32,000 bases of DNA from Haloferax volcanii DS2 (GTDB lineage: Archaea > Halobacteriota > Halobacteria > Halobacteriales > Haloferacaceae): contig NC_013966.1 of NCBI RefSeq assembly GCF_000025685.1, forward strand, positions 210,001 through 242,000, read 5' to 3'. Positions 25,086-32,000 of the stretch are shown here, piece by piece. Below the pieces are notes generated by a model. It was given only the letters and a program-made list of their open reading frames with translations, was not told the origin of the DNA and did no database searches. Every line of letters starts with the position of its first letter. The stretch's first letter is position 1. The translations under genes and the position numbers were made by a program.

Positions 25086-26375
25086 TTAGGTGGTCGGGAG
25101 CGCCCGGGCAGTCGTAGTGAGCCGCGCCTCCGTAGCGAACGGGAGCGCCAGCCCCGCGAGAGGCCGGCCCTCATCCTGCCGGAAGCCGTTGGCGAGGTCA
25201 TCCGCCAGCCCACGGAGCGCGTCCGGCTCCATCTCTGCCAGCCGGGCAAGAGCGCGGAAGCCCTCCCGGTGGTACTCCCGGACGCCAGGGTAGGCGTCCA
25301 CGTCCTCCCCGTCTACCGCCGCCACGGACCACTCCGTCGGGGAGAGCGAGAGCGTCCGCACGTCTACCTGCGGCGGCTTCCCCGGCGGCGCGTCCAGGAG
25401 GTCCGCCCAGTCTGCCCGGAGGTCCTCCCGGGCCATCACCCGCTCCTCGCCGCCGTAGACGACGTGGAGGTGGGCCACGAGGTCCCTCTGTGGTTCGAGG
25501 ACCGCCAGGTAGTCCGGGACGTGCCCGGGTCGTGGCCGGTCCGCCCGGGAGTACCGGAAGCGGGAGTGGAGGTCGTCCAGCGCCTCCCGTAGCGTCTCCA
25601 CGGAGCCGTAGACGGACGGGACGCACTCCCGCGGGAGTGTGAGCGTCACCCACGAGGCCACGTCGTACCGAGTTGTGAGCGCGTCCGCCGCCGTCTCGAA
25701 CCGCTCCCGCGTTCCCGCCGCCTTCTCTGGAGCCGTGAAGCGGTCCCCCGCCGGGAGGCCGTCCCGGTCCGGGAGGTGAAGCGTCTTCGCCTCCCCCTCC
25801 GCCGTGAGCATCGTCTCCGCGTGGTCCGCCAGGAGGTGAAGCAGGAGGGACCGCTGGCCGTCCGTCTCCACCCTCCGGACCGACCGGAGAACCGACGCGG
25901 CCCGGTCCCGCGGGAGCCGGTCCCAGCGGTCCGTCGCGTCAGGGGCGCTCCCGGGCGTTCCGGAATTACGAATGCTACGTATCAAGGCGACGGCTTTCCC
26001 GGTGGGGCGTACCCACAGCAAATCGCCGGACGGCTTCCGGGTGTCGAAGAAATCGCCGTACCGCTGGATGAAGCGGTACGCCCGTCCGTACTCGGGGCCG
26101 CCGGAGGCCCATCCGTCCCCGTAGACTTCGGTCAGGAGGGCGTGGAACGGGATGCCCTCCGGCGTCACGTCCGGGTGTAGTACGGCGGTTTTCAGGAGAA
26201 GCGACTTCTCCATCGCGTTCGGTTCGTCCGCCCACGGGACCGGCGCGTCCCGGAGCGGGACGAAGGGAGCGGCCCCCTTCTCCCCGGGACTTTTTGGCGA
26301 CCCCTCCGGAGCGGCGTAGCCCCCGCGGTCCGAACCTTCATTTCCGAGCGTCCCGTCACCCGACACGACGACCAC
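25086..26375 (-). CDS. Rolling-circle replication initiator-like protein (HUH endonuclease superfamily)
   Basis: WVTLTLP resembles RCR motif I, and VAHLHVVY resembles the HUH motif II. A candidate Tyr motif (GVREYHREG) lies downstream. The track start is GTG 26375. GTG 26366 sits 6 nt after a GGAGGTG SD and may be the true start. ATG 26213 is another option. Confidence 0.55.
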   Translation of the reverse strand: MVVVSGDGTLGNEGSDRGGYAAPEGSPKSPGEKGAAPFVPLRDAPVPWADEPNAMEKSLLLKTAVLHPDVTPEGIPFHALLTEVYGDGWASGGPEYGRAYRFIQRYGDFFDTRKPSGDLLWVRPTGKAVALIRSIRNSGTPGSAPDATDRWDRLPRDRAASVLRSVRRVETDGQRSLLLHLLADHAETMLTAEGEAKTLHLPDRDGLPAGDRFTAPEKAAGTRERFETAADALTTRYDVASWVTLTLPRECVPSVYGSVETLREALDDLHSRFRYSRADRPRPGHVPDYLAVLEPQRDLVAHLHVVYGGEERVMAREDLRADWADLLDAPPGKPPQVDVRTLSLSPTEWSVAAVDGEDVDAYPGVREYHREGFRALARLAEMEPDALRGLADDLANGFRQDEGRPLAGLALPFATEARLTTTARALPTT

Positions 26376-26462
26376 CTCCCGCCCGGAGCGTGCCGTCGTC
26401 CTCTACCTCAGCGGTGATGGCGGGCGCTGGGACCCCCGTCGTCCTCGGTTTCACCGGCACCG

Positions 26463-26645
26463 TCACTCTCCACGAGCGGCGGCTTCGGCGTCGAGGAGCG
26501 CCCGTGCCACCCAGGAGACGGGGAGGTCACTGCGCGCCAGGTCCTCCAGGTCGTCCCGGTGGTCCCGGACCGCGGAGAGGTCCCGCCCGGAGATGGGTCT
26601 GTTCGTACGTCCGTTGCGGTCGTTGGAGTCCGTGTTCTGGCTCAT
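26463..26645 (-). CDS. Small hypothetical protein (60 aa) upstream of rep
   Basis: ATG-initiated ORF with acidic/charged composition, in the position where RCR plasmids often carry a small copy-control gene. No motif recognised. Confidence 0.4.
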   Translation of the reverse strand: MSQNTDSNDRNGRTNRPISGRDLSAVRDHRDDLEDLARSDLPVSWVARALLDAEAAARGE

Positions 26646-26704
26646 GGCTCATGGTCCCAGCATGGTCGATGCCATTGGCCCTCGGACTCTGGTGTCGTCT
26701 GTCT

Positions 26705-26740
26705 CTTACGGGCGCTCTGGTCCGTAGAGCGTCCCGTAAG
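26705..26740. repeat. Imperfect inverted repeat / hairpin (14-bp stem with one bulge, 7-nt loop)
   Basis: cttacgggcgctct (26705..26718) pairs with agagcgtcccgtaag (26726..26740). Confidence 0.8.
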
Positions 26741-26893
26741 CGATTAGGTCCCGGCGGGAGAAGGATGGAGTGTCGAGGTCCGGGTCCTTCTCCGGTCCCG
26801 CCTTTCGCTAATCACAGAGTAGTTACTACGCTAATCCCTTAAATCTGCGGAGTACGGGGCTTCTACCTCCTGAATAGGGCTAACTCAGACTAA

Positions 26894-27010
26894 TTAGCGG
26901 AACGTGTCCGGCGAGCAGGCGGGACAGTCGCGTTCTCCCTTCAGCACAGGGGCGAGGTTCTTCGGCCACGTCTCCCCGCAGGAGCCACACCGGACGGGGC
27001 CGTTGTCCAT
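26894..27010 (-). CDS. 38-aa zinc-ribbon protein (CxxC-x17-CxxC), not in the ORF track
   Basis: My own translation is MDNGPVRCGSCGETWPKNLAPVLKGERDCPACSPDTFR*. Its ATG (27010..27008) overlaps the TGA of the upstream ORF by 1 nt (TGATG), which suggests translational coupling. Confidence 0.5.
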   Translation of the reverse strand: MDNGPVRCGSCGETWPKNLAPVLKGERDCPACSPDTFR

Positions 27011-27345
27011 CAGTCCCCCTCCGCCGAGTCGTCGTCTCCGTCCTGTGCGTCGGCCAGGAACGCCTCCGCCTCGAAGCCGGCCTCTCTCCCGGCGTCGGGG
27101 AGGCCGAGCGTGTGAGCGGCGTCCTCGGCGCTCTCGTCGTCCGCTACCACGACCGGAGCCGAGTGGTCCAGCGCGGCGGCCTCCTCGACGTACTCCCGGG
27201 CCTCCGCGGGGAGGTCGAAGGCGTCCAGAGAGACGCCCACGAGGAGTTTCGCGTCTCCCGGCGGCCCGTCCGCGTCCCCCGGACGGTCCTGCTCCCGGTA
27301 CTGCCGGATGGCCCGCTCCACGTCTCTACGAGTCGGTCCGGCCAT
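27010..27345 (-). CDS. Hypothetical acidic protein (111 aa)
   Basis: The ATG directly abuts the upstream stop (TAGATG). Haloarchaeal acidic composition. No recognisable domain. Confidence 0.55.
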   Translation of the reverse strand: MAGPTRRDVERAIRQYREQDRPGDADGPPGDAKLLVGVSLDAFDLPAEAREYVEEAAALDHSAPVVVADDESAEDAAHTLGLPDAGREAGFEAEAFLADAQDGDDDSAEGD

Positions 27346-27786
27346 CTACTTCACCCGAAACGGGCTTTCGCTCTCCCGTTCTTCCTGTTCTAAGGCTTCG
27401 ATACGCTCCAAGAGGTCCTCTAAGTCGCTCTGCCGACGCCACTCTTCGAGGTCGAGGAAGGTCTGCGCCGCCTTCCGGTACTCCTCGTCCTCCAGCAGTT
27501 CCCGGGCGCACCGCCACAGGAACGCCTCTCCCTCCAGCGTGGCCGCGTCATCGTCCGCGGCCTCGTTGAGGTATGACCCGAGACGCTGTACGTCTTTCCG
27601 GACCTGTTCGCGGCTCACGTCGTAGCGTCGTCCGTAGGCGGCGTAGTTCAGGAGCCGAGGGCTTCCCGCCTCCTCGATGAGGGAGAGCAACTCGGCGCGT
27701 CTCTCCCGGTACGAGTATTCCGCCGGGTCCTTAGCGTCCGGGACCTCGACAGCGCGGTAGTCTTCCGTCATGTCAAGCGTAGTCAA
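27346..27786 (-). CDS. Hypothetical protein with a possible HTH segment and a coiled-coil C-terminus (146 aa)
   Basis: YGRRYDVSREQVRKDVQRLGSYL resembles a helix-turn-helix recognition region. The track start is TTG 27786; ATG 27771 is an alternative. Confidence 0.55.
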   Translation of the reverse strand: MTTLDMTEDYRAVEVPDAKDPAEYSYRERRAELLSLIEEAGSPRLLNYAAYGRRYDVSREQVRKDVQRLGSYLNEAADDDAATLEGEAFLWRCARELLEDEEYRKAAQTFLDLEEWRRQSDLEDLLERIEALEQEERESESPFRVK

Positions 27787-28007
27787 CCCTCCGCGGACGG
27801 ACCAGCGCCGCTCTCGTCGGCGCTACGACTGTCTCCGTCCGTCTCTGTTGCTGTTGACAGGCGTAGGTCCCCGGGGCCGTACCGCTCCGGGAGCGAGAGG
27901 TCCGCGGGACCGACCGGCTCCCGGACCAGCTCCCCGCCGAGCGTCGGCTCTGCGTCGGCCTCGTGGTCGCCGGCTCCGTCCTCCGGGGGAAGCGTCTCGT
28001 CGGTCAC
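27783..28007 (-). CDS. Hypothetical low-complexity acidic protein (74 aa), doubtful
   Basis: GTG start 10 nt after the upstream stop. Only its position in the compact operon supports it. Confidence 0.3.
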   Translation of the reverse strand: MTDETLPPEDGAGDHEADAEPTLGGELVREPVGPADLSLPERYGPGDLRLSTATETDGDSRSADESGAGPSAEG

Positions 28008-28017
28008 GGGACGGCCC

Positions 28018-28752
28018 TCAGGCAGGCGTGCCGTCCTCTCCGGCGTCCTCGTTCTCCAGCGCGGCGAGGGACGCGAGCGCCCGGCGGCGGGCCTGGTTCC
28101 CGTCGTCGTCCAGGTCCCGGCTGTCCGGCATGGCTCCCCGGAGGAACGTGGCGAACTCCGAGAGCGGGTCCGAGAGGTCCCCGCCGTCCTCGACGTACTG
28201 CTCTACGGCGTCCTTGGCCGCCTCCGCGACGGCCTCCTGCCGCTCCAGTTCGTCCTCGATGGACTCCAGGAGGTCCACGGCGTTCGCGCTCTTGCTCAGG
28301 TCCGCGTCCGCCGCGGCCTCCCGGAGGACCTGCTTCGCGCTCGGCGTCGGGCCGTCGATGGCCGCCAGCCGGTCCCGGATGTCCTCCAGGAGCCGGAGGC
28401 GCTTCTCCTCGGTCGTGAGGGACGCCTCCTCGATGTCCGCCCGGGAGAGCGAGAGGCTGACCCGCTCCTCGTCTCCCTTCGCTACGTCCGTCCCGGTCGG
28501 GTCCCAGTCGTCCAGGGCGTCCTCCAGCGTCTCCTGGGCCGACTTCTCCACGTCCTCTCCCGCTCCGAGGATGCCGTCGAAGCCGGAGCCGGGGCCGTCG
28601 GCGTCCCGGTCCTCCGCCGGGGAGCGTGGCGCGTCGTGGTCGTCGTGGACCTTCCCGGATGTCCGGCCCTTCGCTCGGCGGTATTCTCTGTACGTCCGCG
28701 GGGAGTCGTCCGCGTCCTCCCCGTTCGTGCCGTCGTCGGAGTCGTGCGGCAT
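28018..28752 (-). CDS. Hypothetical highly acidic protein with a predicted coiled-coil region (244 aa)
   Basis: First gene of the compact minus-strand operon, with an ATG start. Heptad-like helical stretches (EEKRLRLLEDIRDRLAAI, LLESIEDELERQEAVAEAAKDAVEQY). No recognisable domain. Confidence 0.6.
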   Translation of the reverse strand: MPHDSDDGTNGEDADDSPRTYREYRRAKGRTSGKVHDDHDAPRSPAEDRDADGPGSGFDGILGAGEDVEKSAQETLEDALDDWDPTGTDVAKGDEERVSLSLSRADIEEASLTTEEKRLRLLEDIRDRLAAIDGPTPSAKQVLREAAADADLSKSANAVDLLESIEDELERQEAVAEAAKDAVEQYVEDGGDLSDPLSEFATFLRGAMPDSRDLDDDGNQARRRALASLAALENEDAGEDGTPA

Positions 28753-28987
28753 GGACGGTCGTAGGTGAGCCAGCGGCTTAGTTTCCTATGTAAGCATACT
28801 GAGTTTGTTTGGCGCAAATACCCTACGTAGTCGGGTGATTCAGTATCAGAAGTCGGGTAGGTCCCGGTAAACTGAAGCCGCTCCGGACGGTACGACGAGA
28901 CGGGCCGGTCCTCTCGCTCGGAGCGGCCTGAAGACGGACACGCGCCTCTCGTAGGCTCATGTGTTACACCGTCGTCGGTGTTCTCCA

Positions 28988-29033
28988 CCCGGGTCGGCGG
29001 CTTCCCGCCGGCCCGGGCGTACTCAGGAGTACG
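28988..29033. repeat. Two adjacent GC-rich hairpins/palindromes
   Basis: cccgggtcggcgg (28988..29000) pairs with ccgccggcccggg (29005..29017), 13 bp with one T-G pair and loop cttc. It is followed at once by the palindrome cgtactcaggagtacg (29018..29033). Confidence 0.8.
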
Positions 29034-29081
29034 ATACAATATCCGAACTCTTCGATATAATGTCAGCAACGCCTAACGACA

Positions 29082-31625
29082 CTATACGTCGAGCGTCTGC
29101 TGGCCTTCCAACTCGAACGTCAGATAGTCCGATTCGACCCCTTCCCAGGACATATCTAAGGTATCCTGAATATCGACGGTCTCCATCACCGCTCGAACAA
29201 TACGACAGAACTTCCGAATATCACTACTCGAAAGAGTCTCACCGATACGGTTCTGAATCCACTTCTTCACGACTGGCCTATCACCAATCTCGTACTCCCA
29301 CACATCCGCCGGAACTGGGGCGAAGTACTGGTCAGAATTGATATACAGCCGCTCTTCTTCCTCATCGTAGTGCCGGTAGTACTCGCCAGTATTCTCCGAA
29401 ACCTCATTCTCACCATCACCATCTTCCTCAGTGTGAAGCTGCACGCCCGGCGACTCCAAATCAGGGTGGTCGAGTAAGTGTAACTGCACCAAATTCGCGC
29501 CCAGGGACTCGTACTTCCGGAAGAGTGCTTCGTCCTCAGGGAACGGAATTTTCGGGAAGTCCGTCTCCATGAACTCCGAGTACTTCAGACGGTACGTCCG
29601 CGTGTACAACACAGCATACGTGTAGTTGAACACTTCCTCAGGCGTTACCTCGTCGCTGTAGACCTCAGAAAGCTGGGAGACGATACGCGGATTCACGTTC
29701 GTCTGTCGAGATGTGTTTTGGAGTTTTGAGGACGTTTCATCCGGCGCGTTCGGGTACAGATACAGCGGGAACTGGTAATTCACCTCCTTCGTAGACATCC
29801 CATGGTGCGTCATCAGTCCATCCGTCACGAACGCGTGGTCGAACGGCGTTCGTTCCGTTCGCCGCGGCACTGAGAGGCTGATGTTGTCGCTCGCTAGCAT
29901 ATGTTTCGACAATCGCCCAGCACGGCGATGTACTGCGACGTGTTCGTCGTAGACGGTGTATTCCTTGTCGAACGGAGACGTCTGGATTTGAACGATTTTA
30001 TCCTCCCAGTTTGTGGTTTCCAGATGTTCTTTCGCGTCGCTGTAGAGCCACTGGTCTTGGCTACACAGATTGAAGTACTCGCGCGCTTCGCTTTCTGTGT
30101 CTGTAGCAAGTAGCTGTCTGACTTTCTGTTTCTGGCGTTCCGGGGTGAGTGAGATAGCGAATTCGTTGTGCGTGGTTACGATACCGGGTGCGGGGTCGCC
30201 GTATTCTGAGAAAATTTGTGGCACTTTCACCCAGTCGTGATAGGAACTTGCGAGTTCCTCGTCCCGAGGTACGAAGAGGTAGTGCGGCTCACGCGGAGTC
30301 ACCTCTTCCCACTCGATATCGTTCATGTCGTTGCCGCTCAGTGCTTCGTACTTCTCCTCTCTCGTTCCCCACAGGTCGCTGTGGTAGATATCAGCGTATT
30401 CGCCGTCATCCACGTTGTCGGTTTTTACAAAGATACTGATGGCGACACCCTGTTGGATGTCGAACACGTTCTCGTCAGTACCGCCTTCCGGGGGTTCCTC
30501 CAGCCTGTTCGAGTTCCCGTGTAGGTCAAGCACGTAAATTTCGTCGAACTCCAACAGCAACTGCTCACGCATCCCCATGAACGTCGGATTGTCGATGTAC
30601 GCATGATTCGTGATGTACCCCAGCGTACCTTCAGCGGCGTCAGCGAGTTTCCACTGTGCCCAGCGGATGAACTTCACATAGTCGTCGTGCAGCCACTTCG
30701 CCTGCCCACGCTTCTGTAACTCCGGATATCCCTCTTTGTAGTCCTCGACGAGGGATTCAATCCACTCCCCCTGATTTTCTGAGTGCCCTGAGTATGGCGG
30801 ATTCCCTAAAATAGCCAAAATTGGGGTGTCCTCCTTCACTTCGTGGGCCATCTCCGCTTCCTCGGCGAGCGACGCCGCGAACGGCAGGTGCGTCTGTTCC
30901 GCTTCCTCTGGCTCTAACGTATTAGTCAGGAATAACTTCACGCGGTCATCGTCGTCGAGTTCATAGCCCTGTTCTTCGAACAGAATCGCCATTTTCAGAT
31001 GGCCGATAGTGTACGCCGCGACGAGTAGCTCGAACGAATAGAAGTCCTTCAAGACGTGGTCGGACAGCAGTGCTGACACCCCACCACGACCGTATTTCTC
31101 CGCGTACTCCTCGACCGCCAGTCGCGTCGCCGCAGCTGTGAACGTCATCGTACCTGCGGCAGGGTCAAGAATAGTAACATCTTCGTCCGCAAGACCGTCT
31201 CCGCGCCCAAGGTCGGTTTTCAGCACAGAGTTCACTGACTTCGTAATCCACTCTACCACCGGCTCTGGCGTGTAGTACACGCCTTTCTGCTGGCGAGTTT
31301 CCGGGTCGTACTCTTCGAGGAACGTCTCGTAGAAGTGAACAAGCGGTGTGGATTCGGCTCTATCCGCGTAGAACTCGCTCAGAATATCGTCTACGTTCGT
31401 ACCGGAGAGTACGTCTGCGACGTCATCAACAATCCATTCGATTTCTGTTGGCGGGTCGGACGTGGAGATGAAGTCAAAGATATCTTTCAGAATACCGATA
31501 GTGGACGGGATAGCGTCGGCAGCATCAGTGCGGCTGAACTCGCCTGATACCCGCGTTCGAGCGGTGAGTAAACCGTACGTGATGGTTTGGCTGTAGATAT
31601 CAGCGAACTCTCGCCGGCATGCGTT
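29082..31625 (-). pseudogene. Type IIG / type ISP-like N6-adenine DNA methyltransferase with C-terminal specificity region; N-terminus truncated
   Basis: Motif I LDPAAGTMTF and motif IV GNPPYSG. The frame stays open upstream of the track start (GTG 31280) to 31625 and encodes conserved-looking FADIYSQTITYGLLTAR and LVHFYETFLEEYDPETRQQKGVYYTPEPVV. That 345-nt stretch has no ATG/GTG/TTG and ends at an in-frame TAG (31626..31628) beside a transposase-like ORF end. Confidence 0.7.
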
Positions 31626-31630
31626 CTAGT

Positions 31631-32000
31631 TTAGTAGCGATCAAAGCCGAACTCACCTCGTTCAACCTGCTCACGTAACCGTTGCCTGTGTGGATTTGGA
31701 TTACGCGACGCCCACAGCAACAGCTCGTCCAAATCCGGCAGTTCGTAGCCCAACTCGATCATGAGATACAACTGGATTAGATGACCGTGGCGTTCCACGG
31801 CGAGCGAACAGCGACGCCGAGGGAGCCGCGACGCCGACGAGTCGGCGTCTGCGGCGGCTTCGCCCTCTCGCTGTCTTGCCTCGAGCGACCGTAACTCATC
31901 CACGATTACACGACTCATCATCAACGAAATTGCGGCCATGATGATCAGCGCCTCGATGATGTAGCCGTCGGTCGTCTTGATCTCGTCCAAGCCGAACCGC
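31631..32000 (-). CDS. C-terminal part of a probable DDE transposase (IS element end); continues beyond the window
   Basis: The frame is open to the window edge (..RFGLDEIKTTDGYIIEALIIMAAISLMMSRV..). This resembles the C-terminal helix after the catalytic Glu of IS4/IS5-type transposases. It abuts the truncation point of the methylase. The IS family was not determined. Confidence 0.5.
   Translation of the reverse strand, partial: RFGLDEIKTTDGYIIEALIIMAAISLMMSRVIVDELRSLEARQREGEAAADADSSASRLPRRRCSLAVERHGHLIQLYLMIELGYELPDLDELLLWASRNPNPHRQRLREQVERGEFGFDRY

Larger units (their letters stand above)
25046..29081. mobile_element. Candidate integrated rolling-circle plasmid/provirus-like module (Rep plus small acidic ORFs); boundaries approximate
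   Basis: Seven ORFs, all on the minus strand, between housekeeping msrA and an unrelated lower-GC methylase gene. There is a Rep-like HUH protein and hairpin-rich non-coding flanks. No integrase was seen and no confident att repeats. Confidence 0.4.

Noticed and set aside
26904-28768. + strand ORFs 26904..27569 (221 aa), 27308..27625, 27770..28768 (332 aa) and 27963..28418 in the Rep module
   Set aside because: They have Pro/Arg/Ser-rich low-complexity composition. They lie opposite a compact, coupled minus-strand operon with halophile-like acidic composition.
25056-28916. Possible att-like direct repeat flanking the Rep module (ggccggtcc at 25056..25064 and 28903..28911, followed by ctcg one base later in both)
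   Set aside because: Only 9+4 nt match, in very GC-rich DNA, so a chance match is plausible. No integrase or tRNA target supports it. Boundaries need comparative genomics.
1-32000. Search for tRNA, rRNA or other structured RNA genes
   Set aside because: By eye I found no T-loop-like GGTTCGAATCC-type signatures outside coding frames and no rRNA-like stretches. A tRNAscan or Infernal run would be needed to be certain.

Overview
High-GC sequence encoding acidic proteins, typical of a haloarchaeon. The CRISPR repeat is about 1 nt different from Haloferax type I-B repeats as I remember them. The window has five blocks. (1) 1-8566: the 3' part of a type I-B CRISPR-Cas locus (cas8b partial, cas7, cas5, cas3, cas4, cas1, cas2), then a ~196-nt leader and a 12-repeat/11-spacer array on the + strand. 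(2) 8613-22251: a surface-glycan / nucleotide-sugar island. It holds a GT4 glycosyltransferase and a DUF354 protein on the minus strand, a YdjM-like membrane hydrolase, and a translationally coupled five-gene operon matching the WbpD/E/B/A/I route to UDP-2,3-diacetamido-2,3-dideoxy-hexuronic acid. A deacetylase-like gene, an orphan 438-aa protein and two tandem FemAB/CelD-like paralogs follow. (3) 22306-25045: a small winged-helix regulator, surE, a CBS-pair protein and msrA. (4) 25046-29081: an all-minus-strand block with a rolling-circle (HUH) Rep-like protein, six small or acidic unknown ORFs and hairpin-rich non-coding DNA. One of those ORFs is a 38-aa zinc ribbon absent from the ORF track. 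The block has no integrase or structural genes. (5) 29082-32000: a visibly lower-GC type IIG/ISP-like N6-adenine methyltransferase whose conserved N-terminus is cut off by what looks like an IS transposase end. The best leads are the integrase-less Rep module, the FemAB-like pair beside a di-N-acetyl-uronic-acid pathway in an organism without peptidoglycan, and an ATAAC(A/T)A box found six times, always sense-oriented upstream of glycan-island genes. Many long ORFs in the track are GC-driven shadow frames and were rejected. No tRNA or rRNA was seen. All family assignments come from motifs read by eye and from synteny; none was checked against a database.
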